Shown: positions 42,574 through 51,503 of the stretch, one piece after another
How the letters are laid out: the number at the start of each line of letters is the position of its first letter
Numbering within the stretch: position 1 is the stretch's first letter
Origin: Vicinamibacterales bacterium
GTDB lineage: Bacteria > Acidobacteriota > Vicinamibacteria > Vicinamibacterales > UBA2999
DNA length: 64,000 nt
Assembly: GCA_036274155.1 (NCBI GenBank)
Contig: DASUGH010000041.1
Coordinates: 46,373 to 110,372 of the forward strand
Reading direction: 5' to 3'
Made by a program: the position numbers and the translations under genes
Notes under the pieces: model-generated
Seen by the model: the letters and a program-made list of their open reading frames with translations, nothing else
Database searches by the model: none
Told to the model about the DNA's origin: nothing

Positions 42574-44736
42574 GTGCTCGTCTACGCGACCACCACCTTC
42601 ATCGGCGCCTTCCTCATGTTCGCCCTCGAGCCGATGGTGGCGAAGATGCTGCTGCCAACGCTCGGCGGTACGCCCATGGTGTGGAACACCTGTGTCGTGT
42701 TCTTCCAGGCCGCCCTGCTCTGCGGCTATGCGTTCGCGCACGTGTTGCGGCGCCTCGCCACCCTTCGCGCCGCCGCCATTCTGCTGTTCCTGGCGGTCGT
42801 TGCCGGCTCGAGGCTGCCCATCGACTTCCCCCGCCCGCCGCAGGATCTCGACCACGCGACGACGTGGCTGCTGCTGCAGCTGCTGCCGTCGCTCGGACCG
42901 GTCTTTTTCGTCCTGGCCGCCGCCGGACCGTCGGTGCAGACCTGGTTTTCACGTACAGGGATCGCCGGCTCCGACAACCCGTATGTCCTTTACGCGGCGA
43001 GCAACGCCGGCAGCTTCGCGGCGCTGCTCGCCTATCCGGCACTCGTCGAACCGATCTTCAGGCTCGCGAGTCAGAAAACCCTCTGGAGCGCGGGCTACGC
43101 GCTGCTGATCGCCTGCATCGCGGTATCCGCCTGGCTCGCCGCTCGCGCAACGTCCCCGCCGGGTACCGCAGATGCCGCCGCCGTGGCCACCGCTTCGCCT
43201 GCGGCGCGCGACCGACTCGTCTGGTTCGTGCTGGCGTTCATCCCCTCGAGCGTCATGCTCGGGGTCACCACGTTCATCTCGACCGACGTGGCCGCGGTCC
43301 CATTGTTGTGGATTGGACCGCTGACCATTTATCTGTTGACGTTCGTGCTGGCATTCAGCGGAGGCGGCACGCGGCTGACCGAGGTGGCATCACAACGAAT
43401 GGCGCTGCCGTTGAGCGCCGTGCTGTTTCTGATGCTCGCCGGCATCAGCTTCCCAATCGGCCCGACGGTGGCGCTGCACTTCATCACCTTCTTCGCCGTT
43501 GCGATGACGTGCCACGGCATGCTCGCGAGCCGCCGGCCGCCCGCGGCGCGTCTGACCGAGTTCTATCTCTGGATCGGCGCCGCCGGGGTCGCTGGCGGAC
43601 TCTTCAACACGCTCGTCGCGCCGGTGCTGTTCAGAACGCCGGTCGAGTACCCGCTGATGCTCCTCTGCGCCGCGGCAGTACCCGCGCTTGGCGCGAGGCA
43701 GATGCCGACCGCGAAGGACGGGATCCGTATCGCGCGCAACGCCGTCGCGCTCGGCGCCGTCGCAGTGATGGTTGTGATCGCAGCCGGCCACTGGCGGATC
43801 ACAGGCGCCACCGCGCTCGTCGCCGGCGCCGGCACCGTCGTCGCGTTCTCCCGCAAGCGCGAGCCTCTGGCGTTCGCCAGTGCGTTCGCCGCCCTGTGGG
43901 CCGCGTCGTCGGTCCTGCCGGTGCAGGAGGCCCGGACCCTCGAGACCAGCCGCACGTTCTTCGGCGTGTATCACGTGATCGCCGACACGCACGGCCATCA
44001 CTCGCTCTATCACGGCTCGACGCGGCACGGCATGCAGGCCGTCGACCCGCCCACAGGCGAGCCGCTGACCTACTACCATCGCAGCGGCCCATTCGGCCAG
44101 GCGTTCTCGGCGCTGCCTGTCATGTCTTCGACGCCGCACGTCGCCGTCATCGGACTCGGCGCAGGCTCGCTGGCCGCGTACGCGCAGCCGCGGCAGCACT
44201 GGGTCTTTTACGAGATCGACCCCGAGATCGAGCGGATCGCCCGCCGGCCCGACTACTTCACCTATCTCGAGCGATGCGGCGGCCGCTGCTCGGTCACCAT
44301 CGGCGATGCGCGACTGTCGCTCTCCAGGCAGCCCGGCGTACGGTTCGGGCTGATCGTGCTCGACGCCTTCAGCTCCGACGCCATCCCGGTGCACCTCGTG
44401 ACCGCCGAGGCCATAGACGAATACCTCGCGCACCTCGATGACGACGGCGTGATGATGTTTCACATCTCCAACCGCTACCTCGATTTGCAGCCTCTTCTCG
44501 CCGGACTCGGCGCCCACTCCGGATTGACGGCATTCGGCCAGCTGCAGGTCGTGGGCGGCACAGGTAATGACGGCCGCTCCAGCGCGCAGTGGGTGGCGCT
44601 CGCCCGCAACCCGCACACCCTCGAACCGCTCGCCCACGACGAGCGTTGGAAGCGCCTCGACACGAGCCGGCCCCCGGAACTGGTCTGGACCGACGACTAC
44701 TCGAACATTCTCTCCGTGCTCAGAGTCTGGAGGTGA
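42574..44736 (+). CDS. Fused polytopic-membrane/spermidine-synthase-like protein
   Basis: GTG start. The N-terminal roughly 430 aa contain many TM helices (FLMFALEPMVAKMLLPTLGGTPMVWNT...). The C-terminal part has VAVIGLGAGSLAAY, YEIDP and VLDAFSSDAIPVHL, typical of the spermine/spermidine synthase-like fold. Confidence 0.75.
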   Translation: MLVYATTTFIGAFLMFALEPMVAKMLLPTLGGTPMVWNTCVVFFQAALLCGYAFAHVLRRLATLRAAAILLFLAVVAGSRLPIDFPRPPQDLDHATTWLLLQLLPSLGPVFFVLAAAGPSVQTWFSRTGIAGSDNPYVLYAASNAGSFAALLAYPALVEPIFRLASQKTLWSAGYALLIACIAVSAWLAARATSPPGTADAAAVATASPAARDRLVWFVLAFIPSSVMLGVTTFISTDVAAVPLLWIGPLTIYLLTFVLAFSGGGTRLTEVASQRMALPLSAVLFLMLAGISFPIGPTVALHFITFFAVAMTCHGMLASRRPPAARLTEFYLWIGAAGVAGGLFNTLVAPVLFRTPVEYPLMLLCAAAVPALGARQMPTAKDGIRIARNAVALGAVAVMVVIAAGHWRITGATALVAGAGTVVAFSRKREPLAFASAFAALWAASSVLPVQEARTLETSRTFFGVYHVIADTHGHHSLYHGSTRHGMQAVDPPTGEPLTYYHRSGPFGQAFSALPVMSSTPHVAVIGLGAGSLAAYAQPRQHWVFYEIDPEIERIARRPDYFTYLERCGGRCSVTIGDARLSLSRQPGVRFGLIVLDAFSSDAIPVHLVTAEAIDEYLAHLDDDGVMMFHISNRYLDLQPLLAGLGAHSGLTAFGQLQVVGGTGNDGRSSAQWVALARNPHTLEPLAHDERWKRLDTSRPPELVWTDDYSNILSVLRVWR

Positions 44737-44815
44737 TCGGCGGCGCGCGTTGGGACGATTGCCGGGAAGTGCCAACGTGTGAAAAGGCGCGACGCGTCCG
44801 CCACGAGCGGGCGAC

Positions 44816-45598
44816 ATGAGCAGACCCGCATCCACCGATACGCCGATCATGCAGGCTCGCCCGGCAGCCCTGACGATCCCGAGGACGAGCTCGTTCGTCA
44901 TCGCTCTCCTGATCGCTTTCGTATTCGTCAGCGATGGGTCAGCCCAGATCAAACTGCCAGACTGGCTCAGGAAAGTTCCGGTGGCGGGCATTTCGGAAGC
45001 CGAGGCCGGACAGGGGATCAAGGAAGCGCTCGCGCAGGGCGTGACCCGTGCGGTGTTCAACCTGCACAGGACCGATGGATTCTTCGGCAGCAACTTCTAC
45101 AAGATGCTGCTGCCGCCCGACTCGAGGAAGGCGGAGGGCACGCTTCGCCGCATCGGTCTCGGCGGTCAGGTCGACAAGGCCATCCTCGCGATCAACCGCG
45201 GCGCCGAGGATGCGGTGGGCACCGCGAGCCCCATCTTCACTCAGGCAATCAAGGACATGACCGTGACGGACGCGCTGGGCATCGTCAGGGGAAACAAGGA
45301 TGGCGCGACCCAGTACTTTCGACAGAAGACCTCTGCCGATCTGATCGCCGCCTTTGCGCCGTCGGTGAGAGCGTCCCTCGAAAAGACACACGCGACGAAG
45401 TACTACGGCGACATCGCCAACAACTACAACCGCTTCCCGCTCGGGTCCGGGAAGATCGACCCCGACCTCACCTCCTATGTGGTGGGAAAGGCCGTCGACG
45501 CGCTGTTCGATCAGATCGCCAGAGAAGAGGCGAACATCCGCGCCAACCCCGTGGCGAGAACGACGGATATCCTCAAGAAAGTCTTCGGCGGCGGGTAA
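44816..45598 (+). CDS. DUF4197-family secreted protein
   Basis: A hydrophobic N-terminus, then EA..GIKEAL..G...AV......DGF.....KMLLP and ARTTDILKKVFG, characteristic of DUF4197. Confidence 0.75.
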   Translation: MSRPASTDTPIMQARPAALTIPRTSSFVIALLIAFVFVSDGSAQIKLPDWLRKVPVAGISEAEAGQGIKEALAQGVTRAVFNLHRTDGFFGSNFYKMLLPPDSRKAEGTLRRIGLGGQVDKAILAINRGAEDAVGTASPIFTQAIKDMTVTDALGIVRGNKDGATQYFRQKTSADLIAAFAPSVRASLEKTHATKYYGDIANNYNRFPLGSGKIDPDLTSYVVGKAVDALFDQIAREEANIRANPVARTTDILKKVFGGG

Positions 45599-45666
45599 TC
45601 CACACGTCGGCGTACATTTTTCCATCGGCGGCATCGGCTGGAGCGCGCCGTGCCGATAATACCTGC

Positions 45667-46863
45667 ATGCTGCTGCCCACTCGCCTCGACGTACGCTTCG
45701 GGCTCCTGGCCTGCGGCGTGGCCATCGCAGTCGTGCTCGCTGGAACCGTGGCTCGAGCCGACGCCGATCAGGCGAAACAGTCGCGATCGTTCGGTCCTGA
45801 CCGCTGTGGTCCGATCGACCCGACTTACGTCCAGGTGACGAACGCAACCGGCGGACAGCCTCTTCCCCTCGCCCCCAGCGAGGTCGGCGCCACTGCCCCG
45901 CTCATGGCGGCATCCTTCGGCGCTGAGACGGTGTTCTGGGCCTCGGCACGGCTCGCGTCGAGCGAGCAGACCATCACGATACCGGTGGACGGCGTGACCT
46001 CGCGCATCGCGTTCGTCCTGTCGACGGACGGCTCGATTACGGAGATGTCGATCGCCCGTCCGGGTGAGAGGGCCCTCGCTGCTGGCGCCGGCGTCAAACC
46101 GATCCTCTTCGGGTGCGTGCGCGGCGTCGAAGTGGAGCGCCCGATGGCCGGCGAGTGGCAGCTCAAGGTGGCCGGCACCGGCACTTACTGGCTGGTCGTC
46201 CATGCGAAGAGCGCACTTGGACTGGACGATGCGAACTTCGTGCAGGTGACGGGACGGCCCGGGCACGAAGGGCTCTTCGACATTCCGGGACAACCTGTCG
46301 CCGGGCGCCCGGCGACGCTGCGCGCGCGCATCACCCGAGAGGAGGTGAGCGACGCCACGTTCGACCTCGTGTCGATGGACGGGTCACACATCCAGGCCGC
46401 CGCCCTCTCTCCAGCGAGCGCGAACAGCATCGAGGAGGAGTACGTGGGCGAAATCGCCCGCCTGCCCAACGTGCCGTTCCGCGTGCGTGTCAGCGGGCGA
46501 GACAGGACCGGCGCTTCCTATCAGCGCGTCTCGGGCGCCGCCTTTCACGCCGCGACGCTGGAAGTCATTGCGCCACAGACTGCCGCGCTGGTTCGCGGAC
46601 AGCAGACACCGGTGACCGTGAGCGTAAGAAACGTCGGCGCGCCTGCGGACATGCAGATCGTCGCCGTCCTCGGCGCGGCGGTGCTGCGCGTCGAGCCAGC
46701 AAATCTCCGGCTGGGGACCAACGAGTCGCGAAACGTCACGGTATGGGCCAACATTCCGGCCAACTCCACATCGCCGGCCGAAGAGATCGTCGTCACCGCC
46801 GAGAGCCCTGCCGATCCGGCGGCGTCGAACAGCGCAGTCGTCAAAGCGATAGTCGACCGTTGA
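45667..46863 (+). CDS. Secreted hypothetical protein (Ig-like/beta-rich)
   Basis: ATG 45667 and the signal-like segment RFGLLACGVAIAVVLAGTVARA. Balanced composition, and I recognise no family. The upstream part of the 694-aa track ORF is off-frame overlap with DUF4197 and is rejected. Confidence 0.6.
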   Translation: MLLPTRLDVRFGLLACGVAIAVVLAGTVARADADQAKQSRSFGPDRCGPIDPTYVQVTNATGGQPLPLAPSEVGATAPLMAASFGAETVFWASARLASSEQTITIPVDGVTSRIAFVLSTDGSITEMSIARPGERALAAGAGVKPILFGCVRGVEVERPMAGEWQLKVAGTGTYWLVVHAKSALGLDDANFVQVTGRPGHEGLFDIPGQPVAGRPATLRARITREEVSDATFDLVSMDGSHIQAAALSPASANSIEEEYVGEIARLPNVPFRVRVSGRDRTGASYQRVSGAAFHAATLEVIAPQTAALVRGQQTPVTVSVRNVGAPADMQIVAVLGAAVLRVEPANLRLGTNESRNVTVWANIPANSTSPAEEIVVTAESPADPAASNSAVVKAIVDR

Positions 46864-46884
46864 TTCACCCTCGCCGCTGCATTC

Positions 46885-46933
46885 GCAGAACCGGGCTTCA
46901 GCTCGGTTCGACCTGTCGTCGCAGAACCGGGCG
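46885..46933. repeat. REP-like hairpin plus a partial second copy
   Basis: GCAGAACCGGGCTTCAGCTCGGTTC, then GCAGAACCGGGCG 36 nt later. Confidence 0.7.
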
Positions 46934-46991
46934 AACAAACGACGTAAAAACAACCGCCGCCGATGTCACGTCTTATGGTGCGGCAGATGTC

Positions 46992-49520
46992 GTGATCCGT
47001 AGAGCTATCGATGTGGTCGCGGTTCTGGCGCTGACAACCGTCCCGGCGCTCGCGCAGGATGCAGCCCGTCAGACGGCCATTGCCGTGATGCCGAACGCCA
47101 GCGAAGCAATCACGCTCGACGGCGATCTCAACGACCCCGCATGGGTCTACGCCACACCGATCACCACGTTCCTGCAACGTGAACCAAGCGAAGGCGACCC
47201 GGCCACTTTCCGCACCGAGGCGCGCGTGGTCTTCGACTCCTCGGCCATTTACGTCGCCGTGCGGGCATTCGATCCGGAACCGCAGCGCATCATCGGCCTG
47301 CTGACGCGACGCGACAGCGAGTCCTCTTCCGACTGGGTGCAGGTCTTCATCGACTCGTACCACGATCGCCGGACCGCCTATCAGTTCGGCGTGAACCCAG
47401 CTGGAGTGAAGCAGGACGCCTACTGGTTCAACGACGGCCAGAGCGACGACAGCTGGGACGCGGTCTGGGACGTCGTCTCGAAGCGGCTCGACGACGGGTG
47501 GGCGGCGGAGTTTCGGATCCCGTTCTCGCAGCTCCGGTTCAGATCGCACGGCGACGGCCGCGTCGGCTTCGCCGTCGTCCGGACTGTCGCGCGTCTGAAC
47601 GAGACGTCGTCGTGGCCGTTGTTGTCGAAGGGGGCGAGCGGATTCGTTTCCTCGTTTGGCGACCTCGCCGGCGTGACTCCCGGAGCTGCGTTGAAACGGC
47701 TCGAGCTCGCACCGTATGTCGTCGGAGAGGTGGCAACAAAGCCGGTCGAGGCGGGCAACCCGTTCCAGCGGACGCCGGACCCCGGGGCCAAGGCCGGTCT
47801 CGATCTCAAGTATGCGGTGACACCCGCGCTCAACCTGACGGCGACGGTCAATCCCGATTTCGGTCAAGTGGAAGCCGACCCGGCCGTGGTCAACCTGAGC
47901 GCGTTCGAAACGTTCTTCTCCGAGAAGCGGCCGTTCTTCATCGAAGGTTCCGGCACGTACCAGTTCGACTGCCGCGACTGCAGTCTCTTCTATACACGGC
48001 GCATCGGACGCGCGCCTCGAGGCGTTCCGCTGGTAGCGCCGGGCGGGTACACGTTTCAGCCGGCGGAGTCGACGATACTCGGTGCAGGCAAGCTGACCGG
48101 ACGAGTCCGTGATTTTTCAGTGGGCGTGCTGACGGCGGTGACTCAGGAGGAGCGGGCCGATATTGCACTCGGCACGGATCGCTGGCGGGAAGTGATCGAA
48201 CCGGGCACCCTTTATTCCGTTTCGCGCGCCAGGCGTGAGTTCAGCGATCAGTCGTCCGTGGGTTTCATCCTCACGACGACCAACAGGAAGCTCACGGAGT
48301 CGGTCTCGTTCCTCCCTGAATCGGCGGTGACCGGCGGCGTCGACTACGACTGGCGCCTCGGACGCCGATGGGGCCTCACAGGGTATTGGGCCGGCAGCAC
48401 CGTCAGTGGCACCCCGGAGGCGATCACACGACTCCAGCTCAGCACGGTGCACAGCTTTCAGCGGCCTGATGCCACCCATGTCGAGCTCGATCCGCTGGCC
48501 GAGAGCCTGCGTGGGCATTCGGGCATGGTGGCGTTCGGCAAGCTCGCGGGTGACCGCACCCGCGGGAACGTCAACGTCGGCTACAAGTCGCCCGGGTTCG
48601 ACGTGAACGATCTCGGGTTCCAGCAGCGCGCCGACGAAATTCCGGAGAGCAGCTGGTTTCAAATCCGATGGAACACTCCAGGCAAATACAAGCGGAGCCT
48701 CAACCTCAACTTCAACCAGTGGTCGGCGTTCAACTTCGATGGCGATAGGCTGGACCTCGGCGGGAACGTCAACGCACACTGGCAGTTTCAGAACCTGTGG
48801 ACCACCGACCTTGGCGTCAACGTCAGCGCCAGGCGGTTCGACGATCGATTGACGCGCGGCGGACCCGGCGGATACGAGGAACCTGCCTTCAGCAGCTGGC
48901 AGTCTATGAGCACGAACGATCGCCGCGTCGTCTCGTTCAACTGGAACTCTGCGTTCGGCGGGAACGTCGCGGGAGGGCGTTTCTTCGAGCTGGGCCCGGG
49001 TGTCGTAATACGTCCTACTCCATCGTTGTCGACGGAGCTGGGGCTGTTCTACAACCGCAACGTCGAAGACGCGCAGTGGGTCCGCGAGGTGAGAGACGCC
49101 GGCGAAACGCACTATGTGTTCGGACGCCTCGAGCAGGAGACGAGCTCGATCACCCTGCGGGTCAACTACACGATGACGCCCAACTTGTCATTGCAGGTCT
49201 ACGCCCAGCCGTTCACGAGCTCTGGCGACTACCTGAACTACAAGGAGCTGGTGGACGGGCGCGCCGAGGACTACGACCAGCGGTACGCCGCGTACGACTA
49301 CCGCGGCGATGCGGATTTCAAGGTCCTCTCCTTCCGCACGACCAACGTGCTGCGATGGGAGTACAAGCGCGGGTCAGCGCTCTTCGTCGTGTGGCAGCAG
49401 GCCCGTGAAGACGTGGGAGTGCCGGGGCCGTTCGGATTCAGTCGCGATTACGGCCACACGCTCTCCGCCCCCGCCTCGAGCACACTGCTCGTCAAGCTTG
49501 CTTATTGGCTGAATCCGTGA
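46992..49520 (+). CDS. DUF5916/CBM9-like domain outer-membrane-associated protein
   Basis: GTG 46992 and signal peptide IRRAIDVVAVLALTTVPALAQ. The segment ITLDGDLNDPAW..A..I..F.QREP.EG.PAT..TE.RVVFD..AIYVAVRA.D and the block DSYHDRRTAYQF.VNP.GV..D are typical of this family. Confidence 0.8.
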   Translation: MIRRAIDVVAVLALTTVPALAQDAARQTAIAVMPNASEAITLDGDLNDPAWVYATPITTFLQREPSEGDPATFRTEARVVFDSSAIYVAVRAFDPEPQRIIGLLTRRDSESSSDWVQVFIDSYHDRRTAYQFGVNPAGVKQDAYWFNDGQSDDSWDAVWDVVSKRLDDGWAAEFRIPFSQLRFRSHGDGRVGFAVVRTVARLNETSSWPLLSKGASGFVSSFGDLAGVTPGAALKRLELAPYVVGEVATKPVEAGNPFQRTPDPGAKAGLDLKYAVTPALNLTATVNPDFGQVEADPAVVNLSAFETFFSEKRPFFIEGSGTYQFDCRDCSLFYTRRIGRAPRGVPLVAPGGYTFQPAESTILGAGKLTGRVRDFSVGVLTAVTQEERADIALGTDRWREVIEPGTLYSVSRARREFSDQSSVGFILTTTNRKLTESVSFLPESAVTGGVDYDWRLGRRWGLTGYWAGSTVSGTPEAITRLQLSTVHSFQRPDATHVELDPLAESLRGHSGMVAFGKLAGDRTRGNVNVGYKSPGFDVNDLGFQQRADEIPESSWFQIRWNTPGKYKRSLNLNFNQWSAFNFDGDRLDLGGNVNAHWQFQNLWTTDLGVNVSARRFDDRLTRGGPGGYEEPAFSSWQSMSTNDRRVVSFNWNSAFGGNVAGGRFFELGPGVVIRPTPSLSTELGLFYNRNVEDAQWVREVRDAGETHYVFGRLEQETSSITLRVNYTMTPNLSLQVYAQPFTSSGDYLNYKELVDGRAEDYDQRYAAYDYRGDADFKVLSFRTTNVLRWEYKRGSALFVVWQQAREDVGVPGPFGFSRDYGHTLSAPASSTLLVKLAYWLNP

Positions 49521-49796
49521 CTCGGGGCTCGGGACTCGGACTCGGGGCTCGGGGCTCGGGGCTCGGGGCTCGGGATTCGGGGTTCGGGGCTCGGGACTCG
49601 GGGGCTCGGGATTCGGGGCTCGGGACTCGGGGCTCGGGACTCGGGGCTCGGGAGTCGGGCTCGGGACTCGGGGCTCGGGACTCGGGGCTCGGGACCCGGG
49701 GCTCGGGACTCGGGGCTCGGGACTCGGGACTTGGGACTCGGGACTCGGGGCTCGGGGCTCGGGACTCGGAACTCGGGCTCGGGGCTCGGGACTGGG
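49519..49796. repeat. G-rich tandem array of 7-8-nt units (CTCGGGG/ACTCGGG)
   Basis: About 280 nt of head-to-tail units, roughly three dozen, with point variants. It begins inside the TGA of the upstream gene and ends about 60 nt before the next start. Confidence 0.9.
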
Positions 49797-49857
49797 CATT
49801 GAGCCCGGATTCGACTCCGCCAACGAAACCGCCGGGCCGGCTGTAATGTACCGGTAG

Positions 49858-50403
49858 GTGGCCAAAGACTGGGAACCCCGGCGCTTTCTCCAGCGGGCTG
49901 CGACGCCTTCGCGGTTTTACCTCGGAGTGCTCCTTCTGACCGTGCTGGCGGGCTTTGCTCAGCCAGGCTCCGCGTTCGCGCAGGATGGCGGCCCCACCGA
50001 CGATGAGCTCGTCCGCCCGCTGGAAGTGCTGCGCCAGCAGCAGTCGGCGCTCGGTCTGACGCCGGATCAGCTCGGGCAGCTGGACAGGATTCAGGCCGGG
50101 CTGGCAACCGACAACGACCCGCTGGTCAGCGAGATGATGCGTCTGCGGACGGAATGGCAGCGGGAACGGCGAGCTGCCAGGAACGGGAGGCCGCCGGACG
50201 TGTCGCGCATCGAACGAATCCGGTCGGCCGCTCAGGATGTCAGAGGGCGCATCCAGGCCAACAACCGCACGGCCATGCAGAAGGTCAACCGGCTGCTGAC
50301 GCCGGCGCAACGGAAACAGCTGCGCGGGATCGTAGAGAAACGACGGCAGCAGAACCCAGGGAGAGGCGCCGGCCCCGCCACGAACGCGGGCCCCAGCCGT
50401 TGA
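49858..50403 (+). CDS. Spy/CpxP-family-like periplasmic protein
   Basis: GTG start and signal-like LGVLLLTVLAGFAQPGSAFA. A helical Arg/Gln-rich body carries two LTPxQ motifs (LTPDQLGQL, LTPAQRKQL), the hallmark of Spy/CpxP-type proteins. Confidence 0.6.
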   Translation: MAKDWEPRRFLQRAATPSRFYLGVLLLTVLAGFAQPGSAFAQDGGPTDDELVRPLEVLRQQQSALGLTPDQLGQLDRIQAGLATDNDPLVSEMMRLRTEWQRERRAARNGRPPDVSRIERIRSAAQDVRGRIQANNRTAMQKVNRLLTPAQRKQLRGIVEKRRQQNPGRGAGPATNAGPSR

Positions 50404-50449
50404 CTCCGTGGACAGCGTGTACCGGCTGGCCGTCAGGCGAGACGCGGGC

Positions 50450-51037
50450 ATGAGGGTGCCGGCCCGGCAGGTTTCGCAGCTCCGGGAGGCAGACGAGGGC
50501 GAGGCGCGGCTGATTGACGCCGTCAAGGCGGGCGACGCCGCCGCCTTCGATGAGCTGGCGAATCGCCACATGCGCCGTGCGTTCAGCGTGGCGTACCGGC
50601 TGCTCGGCCAGCGGCAGGATGCTGAAGACGTCGTCCAGGAGGCATTCCTGGCGGCGCTGGTCAAGATAGACACCTTCGAGCGCGGCCGTCCGTTCGGCCC
50701 GTGGCTGCTTCGAATCGTGGCGAACCGTGCGATCAACCTGCGCAAGGCACGAGCGCTGCGGCAGGCCGAGCCGATCCCGGACAGCATGGCCAGCGGCGGC
50801 GAATCGCCGGCGGAGGCCGCGCAACGAAGCGAGCTGCGACGCGAGCTGCGGCAGGCGCTCGCGCAGCTGCCCGAAGAACAGCGATGGGTCGTGGAGCTGT
50901 TCGAGATCGACGGGTTTACCGGTCCGGAGATTGCGGAAATGCTGGACATGGCCGAGGGCACCGTTCGCTGGCACCTGCACGGCGCGCGACAGACGCTGCG
51001 CACCGTGCTCGCCCATTTCGCCGTGAGGACGCGATGA
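50450..51037 (+). CDS. ECF-type RNA polymerase sigma factor
   Basis: Region 2 reads DAEDVVQEAFLAAL......RGRPFGPWLLRIVANRAIN. Region 4 reads LPEEQRWVVELFEIDGFTGPEIAEMLDMAEGTVRWHLHGARQTL. The start is uncertain (GTG 50408 or ATG 50450). Confidence 0.85.
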   Translation: MRVPARQVSQLREADEGEARLIDAVKAGDAAAFDELANRHMRRAFSVAYRLLGQRQDAEDVVQEAFLAALVKIDTFERGRPFGPWLLRIVANRAINLRKARALRQAEPIPDSMASGGESPAEAAQRSELRRELRQALAQLPEEQRWVVELFEIDGFTGPEIAEMLDMAEGTVRWHLHGARQTLRTVLAHFAVRTR

Positions 51038-51429
51038 ACGACGAGCTGTTCCGCCGGGACCCTGAGCTTGGCGCCGCACTCACCGATGTGAGCGCCGACC
51101 CGATGTCCGAGGACGTCGATTGGACCGGCCTGCGCGGCGCTATTGCTGCGCGTGCCTCGTTCGAGCTGGCGCGCCGGCGTTCGCAGCGCCGCCGCATGCG
51201 CATCGCGATTCCAGCCGGTCTCGCAGCAGGCGTCGCCTTCCTGGTGTTCCTGGCGCGCACGCCGGAGCGGGCAATCCTTCCCGCTGTGGACGGCACGGCT
51301 GGCGCCGAAAATTCGATCGATGAGCTGCTCGACGCCAATGTCTCCGACGTGCAGTTCCGTGCGCTGCTCTCGGGGGCCGGCAACGCGAACGAGCTGCTGT
51401 CGATTGCGGCGGCAGAGGGGCAGCCATAG
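51034..51429 (+). CDS. Putative anti-sigma factor, single-pass membrane protein
   Basis: Its ATG overlaps the sigma-factor TGA (ATGA at 51034..51037). It has one TM helix (IAIPAGLAAGVAFLVFLA). The call rests on position and topology only. Confidence 0.55.
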   Translation: MNDELFRRDPELGAALTDVSADPMSEDVDWTGLRGAIAARASFELARRRSQRRRMRIAIPAGLAAGVAFLVFLARTPERAILPAVDGTAGAENSIDELLDANVSDVQFRALLSGAGNANELLSIAAAEGQP

Positions 51430-51434
51430 CACGG

Positions 51435-51469
51435 CTCAATGCTCAATGGCGAATGCCGAATGCCGGATG
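51435..51469. repeat. Heptamer micro-array, inverse relative of 1863..1910
   Basis: The reverse complement of CTCAATGCTCAATGGCGAATGCCGAATGCCGGATG is CATCCGGCATTCGGCATTCGCCATTGAGCATTGAG. Confidence 0.6.
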
Positions 51470-51503
51470 ACGAGTCTTTCAGCAACCTCCTGAAGGCGGA
51501 AAC

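Noticed and set aside
44779-45666. N-terminal 296 codons of the 694-aa track ORF 44779..46863.
   Set aside because: This part overlaps the well-supported DUF4197 gene in another frame and is Arg/Gly-rich. A credible start with a signal peptide occurs at ATG 45667.
49492-51432. 646-aa minus-strand ORF. The related ORFs 49374..49865 (-), 49502..50107 (-) and 49505..49846 (+) read PSPEPR/GSGLGAR repeats.
   Set aside because: They are open only because the 7-8-nt G-rich tandem array has no stop codons in most frames. The remainder is antisense to the Spy-like, ECF sigma and anti-sigma genes, which have clear motifs.
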